Part shown: piece by piece, positions 22,689 to 36,309 of the stretch
Layout of the letters: every line of letters begins with the position of its first letter
Numbering within the stretch: the stretch's first letter is position 1
Assembly (NCBI GenBank): GCA_050575255.1
Contig: JBNZDD010013595.1
Coordinates: forward strand, 117,846-181,845
Direction of reading: 5' to 3'
DNA length: 64,000 nt
Source of the DNA: Harriotta raleighana
Taxonomy: Eukaryota
Made by a program: the position numbers and the translations under genes
The notes under the pieces: generated by a model
Told to the model about the DNA's origin: nothing
The model's input: only the letters and a program-made list of their open reading frames with translations
Database searches by the model: none

Positions 22689-23794
22689 ACTGTTTGTCCT
22701 GCTTGTTTGATGACAAATGCCTTATTTCAGTGAGCTTTCAACTCTAATGCTGGATCTATGCAGCTTACACACTGCTGAAACTTACTGATGCTAAGGAGAC
22801 TGCCATCTTTCCACATATTATTTTCTTATTTACACTTTAATGAGCTAACATAGTTTAGCTACAATACCAGCTACTCTAGACCTGGCTGACAGCCAGGTTC
22901 AGCTGAGGTTAGTTCTGTATGCGCAAATGGACTGCTAATTCCTATTTGAAAAGTCTGAAGCAGGGATGGTTGATTTAGTCTACATTTTACATAAATTTCT
23001 TCGCAGTGAGTTGATGGATATATATAGTCATTTCCTTAAATGCTCTATTAAATTAAGAATAATTGTCATTTGTGGTTTTAGCAAAACATTAACTAGATTG
23101 AGCATTTTCCAACAAATCCTTTCAAGCAAGTACTCCAATTGCAACAAATATTCAGAAACAAATTTATTTCTCCAGGATTGTATTTTGGATAAGACATATT
23201 CTGTCTTTAATTGCATTGTCCTTTAAGACATATTGCTGATGCAAAGTAAGTGTATGTTGTTTTTTGTATCTGGACATGGTATATTTGAAATGAGAGTGTT
23301 TAATCTTGATATTGTGATCCTAAAATTGAAGAGTAGTCCAAATTATTGAGCAGGAAATGAATTGTCACAAATTGTACTATTTTATTGTGAATCTAAGTGA
23401 ATGAGTAGGATAAAATTCCTCCTAGCTCTGTGCTAGCTGCTTGTTAGGACTTTGGCATACATATGGTTAAAAGCAATGAGCCCCCACCCCCAAAAAAAAG
23501 CCAGCTGTGGTGCACTGCAGAGTAAACAAATTGGAACACCAGCCCTGCAGCCTTTCTGAATAACATAGAGATCCTTTTTAATATTGTGGGTTTCTTAATT
23601 TGTACAATCTGATTTCCCATCTTCTAGAATGTCAGGCTTCCTGCATTTACTCAATAATTCAAGCAAACTTGATTGAAGTTGCACTTGGGATATTTCTTTT
23701 TTAAGTGCCTTGACACTGAGGATTTCTATTGTAAAGTGGATCCCTGTGCAAGGATTAATATGTTTCTTTAAGATTATTTGATTGGTAACAGTTA

Positions 23795-24050
23795 AGCTAG
23801 GCTGATACTCAGTGCAGTGCTGGGGATGTGCTCATTTGTTGGAGGTGATGCCCTTTGGGTGAAACATTAAACCGCTGTTCTGACTAACTGGTCAGATGGG
23901 ACGCAGAAGTTGCCGAGTTTTTCCTCATGTTCTTGCTCATGATCCTCCAAATAAAATTGGTTATTCATTGATGCTTGTGGGATATTGCTATGTATAAATT
24001 GACCTGACGTGAAAAAGACTTATGTATCAGATGCAAGGATGATTATTATT
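23795..24050 (+). mobile_element. Old Deu-domain SINE
   Basis: taggctgatactcagtgcagtgctgggga..ttggaggtg..gaaacattaaaccg..tgtgggatattgctatgtataaattg. Confidence 0.65.
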
Positions 24051-26049
24051 AATTTGTTAGGTGTCTTATCTCTCCGATCTCCAAGATTGCTCAATGCACT
24101 TCCACAAAAATGCTGTGTTGCAAGAACTGTCTCCCTCAGTTGTGTATAAAGCATATTGAGACACCCTCATTGCAAAATAAATACAAGTTCAACACCTGCC
24201 AGTGCAAACCTTGTGCTCACATTGAATTTTGCTGATTTGTTTTATTTGACGAGGTACTTCTGTTAATTCTTATTATCAAGTCTTGCAGTGTAATATTCAT
24301 ATTATTACTAGGAAGAGTACGGAGCTGGAAAAACTGTCTGTAGAAGCAGTTTCCATGCACATAGACCTTTATTTCATACTGTAACTCAGTTGAACAGGGT
24401 ACGGAACAATCATCTTTTCATTACACCAGCACAAGGAGGTTGGCTGTTAAACAGCCGAGAGTTCTGCCTGCTGGTAATCCAATAATTATTTGGTGGGAGG
24501 TGCATGATCTTTTTATATATCCAAAAAATATTTTTTGGAACTCTTCTGCATAATTCATTTTCTTTTTTTAACAGTTCCTGCTTTATTCGATTGTGAGCCA
24601 CGTCACTGCACATTTGCAAGGGAGCTGCTGTACTGCTGCAATTCAGCACGTACAAAATAATTTAAGATGTGTTAATGTTTTATTGTTCTCTCCCAGATAT
24701 CTCAGCTCTATTGCTTGTCCATTCAGCGTGACATACAACGCCAACGAGGCTCACGTATTCTGAATTAATGGAAAGAGTTCAATATTTGCTTCTTGCAGTT
24801 TGAAAGGCGAGTTTACTGTTGCAAGCTAAGATGTCATGTTGAGTTTGCAAAAGGTTAATGAACAGAGATGTTGGTGAAAAAATGTTTGCAACGGTGCTTT
24901 ATGCTGATGGTGCTATCGTTCTGGTTTTGTAACTTGATATAAATTAATTAGTGAGCTGTCTGACTTGTACATAATTCTAAGCACTATTTCAATAGTTTCC
25001 TTGCTGTGTTGAAGGATTGTTTTAGAAAGTAGTTATGAAACAGTACTGCTTATAAGCCAGGTTGTTCTGCACAGGTGTAGCGCAGGTCCATTTGTAATAC
25101 ATCTCCAGTTATATTGCAGTTTTATTGTGGACCCACGGTGTACTGGAAAGTACTGTACACTTCTGGCACTGATGGAGCAGCTTCCTACGCAGAGCACACA
25201 GGCACATAAAGCCTTCTGGCATCTATCAGTGTTCCAGCAAACACTGAAAATGGTTGCAGGAGTGGTTGGACACAGGAATCAATGTCACCGATTACAGCAG
25301 GCAATTGCCATTGGATTACCAGCAGGTAACCACGAGGCCCGAGCGGTGGCCATTTTAATATCATGGTTAGTTATAGCACTAAGTTCAAGTTTGAACCTAA
25401 AACCACTGTGCTATCATGGAGTTGGCAGTTAAGCGGTGCAATGTCAAGTCAGTGTTGCTGAAACCAATTGGGCGATTTGATTTAAAAGAATACTTTGACA
25501 TGAATATGAATATGAATTTCACTATGTTTTAGATTAATCTGGACTGTGAAAGGTTTTAAGACAAGTTGTCATGTCCATCTCTTTCCCTTCTCTCAGTTTA
25601 TTATAATATGTTTAAGATATACCACGTTGAAGGAAATGTCTATGGTTACTCCAAATAGCTCAATTTCTTTGATTCTTCCTCCCATAATAGATAGGAATTC
25701 ACTCAAAGACTAGACCAGGGTGCGAAACATGAACATGGCCACTGATGGCCCATGAGATGATAATTGGTGGCCTATCCATTACTTTCTAAAATTGCAATAC
25801 ATTATTTTACATTACATGATCTATTGAGAATTAGCATTAGCCTGCATTCTGTTTTTGATGACTAGGACTTGTGTAATGGTGGGGTAATATTTTGTGCAAT
25901 TTGATATATTTGAACAAATCAGTGCAGGCATTTTCAGGTGCAGTGTTATATATACCTTTTTTACATGCAACCCACAAAGTGAACAGTGTTCATTTAAATG
26001 ACCCTTGCGGCCAGATGAGTTTGATACCCTTGGCCTAGTTGAACATTCC

Positions 26050-26345
26050 AGCGATACACTAACACAGGTGTAGTCAAGTGAGACATTAAATTGAGGTCCT
26101 GTTTTCCCTATGTTAAGGTGGATGTTAAAAATCCCAAGGCACAATTCAAAAAGAAAAGAGTTTCTTCTTGTGTCCTGGAAAGCAGTTTTCCAGGTACATA
26201 AAAGCCTCATGGCTATTTGCAAGACTTTGCTTGTTCACATGATTGCACATTTGCCTATAAAACCAATTGCTACCATTGAAAGTAATTACTTGCAAAGCAT
26301 TTTGAGATGTTTCAATGTGATAAGGCCCTATAAAAATGTATGGTT
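26050..26345 (+). mobile_element. Old Deu-domain SINE
   Basis: tgagacattaaattgagg..aggtggatgttaaaaatcccaaggcac..tgtcctgg..aagcattttgagatgtt..gtgataaggc. Confidence 0.65.
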
Positions 26346-27842
26346 TTCCTGTTGTATGAATATAAAAACAGTAATTAGCTTGGAACAATCGAAGTCAAGA
26401 GTTTGCACTTCTCCCTTAAAACTGTCAATTTCTCATTAAAGGAGAATAAAAAACATTAAAGTTTATAGAGAATTGCCTTTAAAATATTAAGACATTGAGA
26501 TGTACAGAAATTACTGCTATTTATTGCAGCACAAATTGCCAATTCTGATGAATCTAGCAAAATGAATTGTTGCTTGAAAAAATACGAGAAACTAAAAAAA
26601 ACTTTAATTCAGTGTGGCAAGAGCTCTGTTGAGAAGCAGCTGGTGTGCTGCAAAAGTATAAATGAATCAGAGGAAGATAACGCAGTGCATGAAATTAGCC
26701 TTGAATTCTTTGATTCATGCAGGTTCAATTATCACCAAGTTAGAGCCATGAATATCCAGTTAATGTGCATACATAACATAAACACATTTTAACAATAGAT
26801 TTTCCTAACTCTTAGGAAGTGGGAGTTTGGTGAATCATACATATATTATACTTGTCTATTTTTGGCCACTTTTACCCCCCACCTCCTCCACCCCCCCTTA
26901 TGTGAGATAGCTAATTATCATTTTGTCAGTTTCAGATGGTTTCTGTAGGTGAGAGGAGGTTTATCTCACACTGTCAAAACTACCCTTTTCACCCACTGCA
27001 CTTGTACAAAGTGTTAAGACTCCTCAACCAATCTGATATATGTATGATTCCAGCTCTTGTCTCTCTCAGATTTGTGCTTGGAGTCAACCCAATACTTCAG
27101 ATTTATTGCATGCTATAAAAACTTTTTAATTGCATTATAAAACAGTAAATCAAAATTAACCCACAGATACGGCAGCAAAACCATTGTTGCTATTGCAGTA
27201 TTTTATTACTGCCAATGAAATATGGCTGTAGCAAGTAATTATACAGTGCTGGATACCATTTCTCATATCATTATGCTGTAGCCTAGAATTGAAAGGTGAT
27301 TTGAAACGTATTTCCTTCCCCCTGATTTTTCCATCTCATGTTTTCTTTAAATACTTTACCTGTGTTGAAAATATCAATTGCTCCTGCAGGAAATCAATTC
27401 CTCTGTTTCACAGGTTCTCTTGTTTTCCCTTTGTGCTCCCTCTCTGAATTTAAATACAATTAGTTCAATGGAAAGATACTGTCTGCAATATTATCCCTAG
27501 CTCAATGGTGAATGTGATGTGCATAATAAATTGATCAATATGCTGAACCTATCTGAGCGGTTGGTGTTTTGTTGGCTTGGTGATTCAGGACAGTGTGGAC
27601 ACCAGCCCTTGAAAGTGTATAACATTGATCCTGGCAAAAGGTCAAAACCAACTTGCAATTATACATTTCACATAGAACGATTGCTTGTAAGTGGAAATAC
27701 AGAAAAAACAGACAAGTTAGGCACACAGAGAAGTCAAATAGAAGTATAGTCCATTGTAGCACCAATCACTAGCAGTGAGTTCTTTGTGTGTTTGTAAGAT
27801 GCAGGTTTCAGCTACATTGCTGTGAGGAAGCCAAACACTGTC

Positions 27843-28797
27843 AACAATAACAACAACTTTGATTTACATAGCGCCCCCCCCCCCTGCCATATAGCATCTC
27901 AGAGAGCTTCATAATAACGGATCCTGGGGGCGTGCCAGGGGCAGGGGCAGAAAGGTGACCAAAGGCAAGGTTGAAAAGAAAGGTCTTTAGCTAAGATCTG
28001 AAACTGGGAAGAGAGGGGGAGAGGTAAAGGGAATGAGGAAGGGAGTTCCAGATCCTCGGGGCGTAGTGGCTAAAGGCACAGAAGCCGATGGTGGAGCGGA
28101 GGATTCAGGGGACAAAGAGGAGACCAGACTCAGTGGAGCGAAGGCAACGGGTGCTGGTGTGAGGAGAGAGGAGATCAGAGAGGTAGGGGAGTGCAGAGGA
28201 ATGGAGGGATTTGAAGACAAGGGTGAGAATCTTGAAATCGATCCTCTCCGGAACAGGGAGCTAGTGAAGTTCTGGCAAGGACTGGGGTAATGGGGGACTG
28301 AAGTTTTGTACAGGTGAAAATGCAGGTGGCAGAGCTTTGCATAAATTTGATTTTATGGATTGTAGTGGAGGGGAGAACAGAAAGGAGGGCATTGGATTAG
28401 TCCAGCTGAGAGGTGACAAAGGCATGGACCAGAGTTTCAGTTGCTTTTGGGGCGAGATATTGCCGGAGACAGGTGATCCGTTAGAGGTGGAAAAAAGTGG
28501 TGCTGGTGAGGGACCGGATGTGGGGGAGGAAGGACAGTTGGGGCTCGAACCTGAGGCCTAGATTGTGCATGGGTTCAGAGAGTTTTTCAGGCTGGGAAAA
28601 TGGAGGAGGTGAGAGCCTTGCAATTGAAGACATTGACGAGAGCCAAAAGAGTATGGCTTTCATCTTGTCAACACTCAGCTGCAGGACGTTCGCGCTCATC
28701 CAGCTCCTGATGTCTGACAGGCAGGCTGACAGAACATCAGGAGACTCGGGATTGCAAAGCGAGGTGGAGAAATAGAGTTGGGTGTCATCCGCATACT
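27843..28797 (-). mobile_element. L2 type B, truncated at the YADD motif
   Basis: YADDTQLYFS..LSACLSDIRSWMSANVLQL..NLGLRFEPQLSFLPHI; type-B tail ..gggcgctatgtaaatcaaagttgttg. Confidence 0.93.
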
Positions 28798-28890
28798 TGT
28801 CTGCGGACAAGGATAGAAACAGCGAGAGACAGATGAGATCAGTAGGCTAGACCTGTTGGGTCTGGCACACAGTGAAATGCTGGCAGATGC

Positions 28891-29020
28891 CTGGGAGAAA
28901 GTTGTCCAACTGGCTGCAGTTAATTTATTTCCTGAAGAAAAAGGAAGGAACAAATGTGGAGAGTTTTTTTTTAATAAGATGAGGAGACCAATTCTCAACC
29001 AATACGAGCCATGTCTCAAA
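28891..29020. repeat. Unclassified two-copy repeat (partner at 35837-35972)
   Basis: aactggctgcagttaatttatttcctgaagaaaaagg and gatgaggagaccaattctcaaccaatacgagccatgtctcaaa both have close matches at 35850-35970. Confidence 0.7.
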
Positions 29021-29104
29021 ACTAGGTGGATCAAGATGGTTTGTCTTTGGATGCAATTCATTTAATATATTTCTTTCAATTGGTAAAGCTCACTTGGGCC
29101 TACA

Positions 29105-29313
29105 TAACAACAACAAAAACTTTGATTTATATAGTGCTCTCCACACCGGACGGGGTCTCAGAGCGCTTCACAATAATGGATCCCGGGCCCGAGCCATGGG
29201 CAGGGGGAGAAAGGTGACTGAAGGCGCGGTCAAAAAGAAAGGTCTTTAGCTGAGATCTGAAACTAGGAAGAGAGGGGGCGAGGCGAAGGGAGTGAGGAAA
29301 GGAGTTCCAGAGC
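29105..29313 (-). mobile_element. L2 type B 3' end
   Basis: LWNSFPHSLRLAPSLPSFRSQLKTFLFDRAF plus type-B tail. Confidence 0.9.
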
Positions 29314-31842
29314 TGGTTACATATGCCTGTGAGACGATAACACAGTTTAACCATTTGGCCATTACTGTTGCTCATTTAACCTCCAAACCTCTGCCCCTAA
29401 CACATTGCTAGTTCAACAAAATCAAAGCTGTGAATGTGAAAGCAGAATACCTGAGATGTGTTGTGGGCTGAGGTTCTGGAGGTAATGGCTATTCTTGGAA
29501 GGATTAGACAATTCATTTTTGTTGGTCACTGTTCGCCCCAGCTATTTAACTTGTGTTGGAGAGAGAAAGTGATAGAAATATCTCTCAATCACTGACACAG
29601 CAGATTATTGTCATGTGATACTTCCTCAACATCTCATGGCTAAGTTTCTATTTATTTCACATAATTGTACCTGAATTCAAAAAAAGTAAATTATGAATAA
29701 AATTACCATCAGCATGTTCAGCCCAGCAATGCATTTGGAAATGTGATCCAACTGTAGTTTCTAATCTGTTGAAGAGAAAGGACTCTATGTCTTTGTTAAA
29801 TGGCAAATAGTTTGGTTTGTTCTTGGAATGCTCTTTGCAGTGTAATAATATTATGTATGGGGAGCACTGTTTACTTTTTTACAGCAATCCTCCGCTCTAT
29901 ATTTTTTGAGGAAAGCTTTGATCCAGTGAGGAAAGCTTTGCTTGGTACAGAAGAATTTTAATACCCGAATACCTTAGAAAATAAGTTTCTTTAGAGTATT
30001 TTTAAGTAAATATATGTTAATATCTTCCCCCCACAAAATATACAGTCAATTCACTTACAGCATGCTCTGTGAAATGGTTTGAGACATCTCGAACATATGA
30101 TATGGCGATACAGTATATCAAATGCAAGGATTCTTATTCACATATGTTGTTTCCTGTATTGCACTACAGTACACTAAAGGTGACCTTTGCTTTATTTCAT
30201 AAGACTCAATTTAATAGCATGATTTGAGGCATGATGTTCCTGAGTCTCTGCACTCATCTGGCTACTTCATATGCAATACAGTGGGCCTAACCCAGAGTCT
30301 GACACTGGCGGAATTTATGCCCAGTGTTTAGAGAGTAGGCTTTGCAGGGATGTTCCATGAAGCTGATTGTCCCATAAAATATCATCCAAACAATGCCAAG
30401 TTCAAAGAACACTGTGCAAAGTGTCAGCTCGCATGACTTCAATGCAACTGAAACAGAGTCAAGGCGATGCAATGAACGAGCAAATCATTTGGGCTTAGCT
30501 CGATTTATTTTATTACTACATCAATTGTAACATCATCTGTTTGACTTGGTCACTGAAGCAATTCACCTCCGTTCCTAAGTGAAGTGATGTTGGCATAAAA
30601 AACAATACTTTGTACAAACAGCCACTCTTTCAAACTTGTCTTTGTTTCCAAATATCACATTCGATCTTGCTGTAGTGGGAAATTTGACCTGTCTGTGGCT
30701 GAGTACAATAATTCATAAATTTCAACAACTCACTTTATTTTATGAAGGAATGTAAATGCTATATTTTAAAAATTTAGCAAAGTTGGGCATGAGTGAAATA
30801 CATAATCTTCTGTAAACACTTGGGTTGTGTTCTCCACATGCCTTTGTTGTTAAATTTATGATTCTAAAGCCTTCTAAAGCAATTTGCAGAGAAGTGAGGA
30901 GAACTGCTTTCATATACATAATCCTTAAATGTGATATTTACAGCATAGTGTTGCTGTTTGGTGAGGGTTGATTTTCTGAGGATTCTACTGTGAAATATCT
31001 CACTTCTTTCCTCCACTGACTCTTGTCTGTTTTATGTCCCCCATTGCTTTGCTCCAACCCTTCACTCTCCCAAGAGTTCTCTACAAAATCCCTCCAGCTC
31101 GCTCCCCACCTCCCTAACTCAGCTGAAGATTTATCTCTTTGATTGTGTGCTCAACAACCTCCTCTCTTCCACTCCTCCCAGGTTAGGTTCCAACAATCTC
31201 TTTTATGCAATTTGAGACATTGTCCTTAAAAGGGGGAAAAATAAGTGCAAAGTGCTGTTGCACAGCAGCAGGTTTGGACTTGACAATCATCTTGTGCTGT
31301 AGCTCAGACATTATGGCATTTAAGTTAAGCAAATTTAATTTATAGTACAAGATACAATATCGTCAGGGCAACTTGCAAGAACTTTGTCGCAATCTGAGAT
31401 CTCCCCCAAATCAGCATGGTGCATTAGTGGGTTTTCCCGCTAAAAATGCAGTTTATGCCACAAAATCATTTTAGTTATCCAGATATAAGCAGCATTACTA
31501 TTTTCAAGGGCAGCGCATATTCAATCCCTGTTGTGCTTCTCACACCCTCTTTGGTAGCTGTAGTGAAGTTTTCACTAAAAACATTGTTAGTTTTAATGAA
31601 ATTTTAAGAGCTAGCATGATTTCTCGAAATCACATGTCAGCCAGCTGCTCTGTTTAAACTTGGTGAAATATATTGCAAGGTGCTGTTCGTATTATACATT
31701 ACAAAGTGAAATCATTATAAGCCATTGGCCTGACCAGAGTGCAGATGATAAGATAATACAGTTATGGGTGCCATTTGTGTTTTGTGGATGTTGACCTGTT
31801 CACTTTGGTTAATATGTGAAGGCAACCACCTTGGTGGCAATT

Positions 31843-32116
31843 ATAATAATAATAATTCTTGAATTTGATATAGCGCTTTTTCACGTCTTCTGGCGTCTCA
31901 AAACGCTTCACACAATATACTGTAAAGTAATTCACTGTATATTTGTGGACGAAACACTTTATTATCGTTTTATTATTGTGGTTTTTTGGAGGGATTATTA
32001 TTAGGCGTGTGGAACAAGGAAACTTGCCCAAGGTTTTGCCCTGACTTGCCTGGATTCGAACACAGATCTCAGACTTGTAAGTCGAGTGCTCTAACCACTG
32101 AGCTACAGGGCTCCAC
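31843..32116 (-). mobile_element. Family S1 SINE with head, internally deleted
   Basis: ggattcgaac..gtgctctaaccactgagctacagggctccac head; the tgctgtgcgcaattggctgc block is missing. Confidence 0.9.
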
Positions 32117-32344
32117 AATTCTACAATTGATTTCAAAATCCCTGGCTTTGGTGCAAGTTGAGGAATCGTTAAATGTCCACTAGAGCAGCTTCCATTTATT
32201 TGGCCACTTCATGCACTTCATCCAAGAAGAGGCCAACCTCTCTTTGGTTGAATTGCCTGCCGATCCTCACTCACTGTCAAGCCTCTGTATGACAAGAGTA
32301 GCCAATCGGACACTCGTGGAACCATATTCATGCATGAGAGCAGC

Positions 32345-32640
32345 AGCAGCAACAACAACTTACTCATATATCGGTGTCCATGCAAGGTAATGTCTCAGAG
32401 CGCTTAAAAAAAAGGCAGAGCCTGACTCTGAGCTGGGGGTGAGGAGGGGATGTGGTGCGAGTGGAGGTCACCAAAGGCACAGTTGAAAAGGAAGGTTTTC
32501 AGGTGGGACTTGAAAATGGGGAGTTGGGGGGTGTTGGGGGCAAAGGCAGAGGGAGAGAGTTCCACAGTTTTTGGAAGTAGTTGCTGAAAGCACGACCTCC
32601 AATAGTGGAACCGATGGTGCAAGGTACAAGTAAGAGGCCA
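32345..32640 (-). mobile_element. Old L2 3' end
   Basis: FKSHLKTFLFNCAF and tail remnant tctcagagcgctt. Confidence 0.65.
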
Positions 32641-32889
32641 GTGCCAGTTGAGCTATAGTGGATTGGGGTTTATTTGTATCCATAATTGTCAATGGTGAAC
32701 AAACGTTTTGATTTTGTCATTAGAATTCATGTGGCAAAATCTAACACTTGGTTATATCTCTGAATCTCACTATGTCTTATTGAGATGACTTGCTGCTCTA
32801 AGTTCCTTTTCCGGCTTCTCAACAAAATATGATTCAGGGACTGGTTCCTCAAAAATAGAGAATACTGAATCACCTGTCATATATATCGG

Positions 32890-33210
32890 TCCATTCCCTC
32901 TGCTCAGCAAGCTCCAGCCTGCTGTATGTCCCTCACCTGGTGTCCGTCACACCATTGCCAGTCAGACCTTCAGCCTTTGTCCCCACCCTTTGGAATTTGA
33001 TCCGACAGTCCCTTTGCTTTGCTCCCTCCCTTGCCTCCTTTCAAGGCATGTTTCACGACCCTCCTCTTCGACTTCACTTTTGGTCACCCTCCTACCTTTG
33101 CCTTTTACCTCTCCTGATTCCAACCGCCAGCTCAAGGCCAAATCCCTCCCAGTACCTTGGAAGATCCTCCCGGCGTTAAAGACGTTGTACAAATGTAATT
33201 TGGTGTTGAT
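32890..33210 (+). mobile_element. L2 type A 3' end
   Basis: ccttcagcctttgtccccaccctttggaatt..ccttggaagatcctcccggcgttaaagacgttgtacaaatgtaatttggtgttg. Confidence 0.75.
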
Positions 33211-33914
33211 GTAAAGAGATGAACAGCCTTGAGATTGAGGTGGAGGTGCCCACCCCTGTCCATTTCAGTGAGATGTGGAATGGATTTTCTTTCTAAATGC
33301 AGCATCAACTGAAGAAGAAGGGTTGTAGCTGTGAATTTGGTACCTTAAATAGAGTGATATTGTTTCAGGTCACGTTGCAATACTGCAAGGAAATTTATCT
33401 GATTAAAAAAAATGTTTTACAGTTTTCTTTCATGTTATTCTGTCATGTTTTGACTCTCGACACAATATTTCGGGTAATCTACCTTGACTCGCTGACAGTC
33501 CTCCCACAATATATTGCCTTCAATTAAAATGCTGATTGAAATGTCATTGCAGTTTGTGCTGTACTGGTGATAAATAAGCTCTCCCAGGTTTTCTGACCTA
33601 TGTATAGACGATCAGGTCTTTATGTTCCTCTTAACCTCAAGCACCCTGTGATTGGTTTTGATGGTCTGTTGTTCAGGAAGCAAATACGCACCTTGAGTTT
33701 TGTTTGTCTCCAAGGCGTTTTATCCTAGAAAAAGTTAATAGGAAACTGAATGCATGACTTTCCCATGAATGACAGAAAATGCTGGAGTTTTTTTTATTTC
33801 TTTGAAGCAACAAAGCCTTCATTTTACCTTCCTTATATAAAAAAATTACATAGAATGTTACAGCACAAAAACTGGCCAATTAGTCTATTCCACAGAGTTC
33901 CCACTTCTCATAGA

Positions 33915-34090
33915 ATAATAGTAAAAGTCCTTGCATTTGAAGTAGTGCATTTCATGTCTTTTAGATGTCTCAATGTGCTTCACAGAAAGTTCTGTAAAGT
34001 GAATTGACTGTACATTTTTAGGCGAAACGCGGCAGCCAATTGCGCATAGCAGTGTCCCACAAACAGTCATGGATTGAAGTGACCAATTAA
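33915..34090 (-). mobile_element. Family S1 SINE fragment
   Basis: ccttgcatttga..gcggcagccaattgcgcatagcagtgtcccacaaacagtcatggattgaa. Confidence 0.88.
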
Positions 34091-34853
34091 TTTATTTATT
34101 TTCATTTATTTATTAATTTACTAATCTCTTTTATGCCCCTCTATTCCCTTATTCATGAATGCATCAGGTTTCTCTCTCGAATACATTGATTCTTTTGACT
34201 TCGACCACAGCTTTCAGCAGGGAGTTCCACAAATGAATATTGATAATAATCCTTGCATTTGGTATAGCTCCTTCTCACGTGGTCAAGTAGAATAAATGAG
34301 TTTCACAGCCTGAAGTATTGGATAATTTTATTTTTTTCCAGTTTAGAATGGGAAATGGTCTGAGCATTATTTTTGTCAGAATTTGATCACCGAATGGAAT
34401 TAATAGTGCATTTTAATGTACTTGGTATCATCGCATTACAGGTTTGTTTGACATACCTATTTTCGTGGCTCACAAACATTTTAAGGCCTCTAAGAATTTG
34501 CAAAATGTTTCATTGAGGACGTCATCTAAAGAGAATAAGTCTTACAGAGAAATCTTCACATAAGATCCAATTCGCCAGTTTATCATATGCAGTGCAGATG
34601 GCCATGTTTATTCGAGCTATTCACCAGTTAAGACAAATGCTTTTTTATGGTCTTATACTTGGAATATCTTGCAGCATAAATAATGTGCAAATAAATAACT
34701 GCTGTAGTGATTTAACAATGTTTATTTTTGTTGTAAGGTTTTAATAGACAATGCCTTTTTAAAAAAAATACATGAGCAAGATTTTATAAAAGCAAAGCCT
34801 CTCCATTCCCAGCAGTGATGATGGAGTCTAATTTGCACCATAGTAGAGAGCTC

Positions 34854-35057
34854 GATATTTATGATATTTGCACAAATTGAGCATGTTCTCATTGTGAACA
34901 TGAGAACAGTGTGGATATCAAGAGTGTGCATATATGGNAAAATTGATATGATAACAAATTGATACAGAGCAAAGATATTTATGATATTTGCACAAATTGA
35001 GCATGTTCTCATTGTGAACATGAGAACAGTGTGGATATCAAGAGTGTGCATATATGG
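34854..35057. other. 84-bp exact duplication across an N join (probable assembly artefact)
   Basis: 34854-34937 equals 34974-35057; N at 34938. Confidence 0.75.
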
Positions 35058-35836
35058 TTTTCTCTCTCTCTCTCTCTCTCTCCGGTTTTGCGCTCGTGCT
35101 TTAGGACATCTTCCCAACTTGAAAGATGCTACACAAATTTGTAATTTGTTGTTGTGTATGTCTCTCATTCCATGACATACCTGATTCGCATCTCCAACTC
35201 AGACTGCTGGTTCACATTCCTGCTCAGATAATTGCAAAGCTGCATGTCATGCACATATGTGCAAGAAACTGCATTCCCCCCCCCCCACCCCCTCACCCCA
35301 CACACACACAAAACATCACAGCTGCACTTACTTATTCAGTCAATTTACTTTACAGCATATTCGTCTAGAATACATGAAAGGTGCTAAACAAATGCAAGGA
35401 TTATTGTTATTATATTACTTCCCTTTCATTGCTCTGATGAAGCAAATGTATTTTTTTAAATAAGGGTCCTCATGTTGAACCCATGAAGCTTCACTCAGGT
35501 ACTGATTTCCTGCAGGGCACAAACACCCACCTTTGGTAACAGTTCAGCTTCATGGCAATTGAAACAGTGACCAACATCTGAGTGGAGTTCTAGAGAGACT
35601 AGGCTGGGTACCAAAGACTGTTTGAACATGCCGAGTGATGAAGACTGCTAACATCACTTTGTGAGTTCTATGTTAGCCACGGAATACATCTTCTTGCTAA
35701 TTTTACTACATGCATTGCTCTAAATTGAGTTTAGTTTGCCCAATCGCACATCCTATCTTTAGATCTACAGTTTCCATAATCGTCCATAAAGTTTAACTAC
35801 CTAAAGCTAAGTCTGAAAATGCATTTCATTTATCCA

Positions 35837-35972
35837 TGGGAGACATTCTAACTGGCCGCAGTGAATTCATGTTCCGAAGAAAAAGAAAGAACGAGTGAGT
35901 TTAAACTGGATAGTAAAATGAAACGAGGGATGAGGAGATCAATTCTCAACCAATATGAGCCTTGTCTCAAAG
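35837..35972. repeat. Unclassified two-copy repeat (partner at 28891-29020)
   Basis: aactggccgcagtgaattcatgttccgaagaaaaag; gatgaggagatcaattctcaaccaatatgagccttgtctcaaa. Confidence 0.7.
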
Positions 35973-36309
35973 CCAAATTACCTGCAGAGCTTTTTGTTTG
36001 GGCTAGTTAATCAGAATCACTGTGGCGTGTTTGACAAACAACACATTTTTCAATAATGTGGCTTCTTCATAATCTCACAAAATGATGTTTGTTGAAAGAA
36101 CAGATCTCATGTTATTACATCCTGTTGTACACTGGATAAAGACGACCACAGTGAATTATTCATGGATCCACTTGAATTACACATGTCATCTCAGGAATAT
36201 TTTATTTAGTCCAGGTATTTCAAAGAGTGTGAAATGATTGAACATTTGGCAGTCTGTCACAGAATTCTATTAAAGTAAGGTATTCCATTCCATGAAGTGG
36301 AAAAAAGGG

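Noticed and set aside
26936-26948. 13-nt micro-exon-like cag|ATGGTTTCTGTAG|gtgaga
   Set aside because: Very short, not frame-preserving, with a modest acceptor; indistinguishable from chance
29907-29940. Short direct duplications (also at 7535, 8685, 40138, 44918, 61413)
   Set aside because: Two-copy slippage-type microduplications are common background in vertebrate DNA
34881-34907. Small hairpin tgttctcat-N7-atgagaaca, seen twice
   Set aside because: A 9-bp stem is near chance level, and the second copy belongs to the N-join duplication
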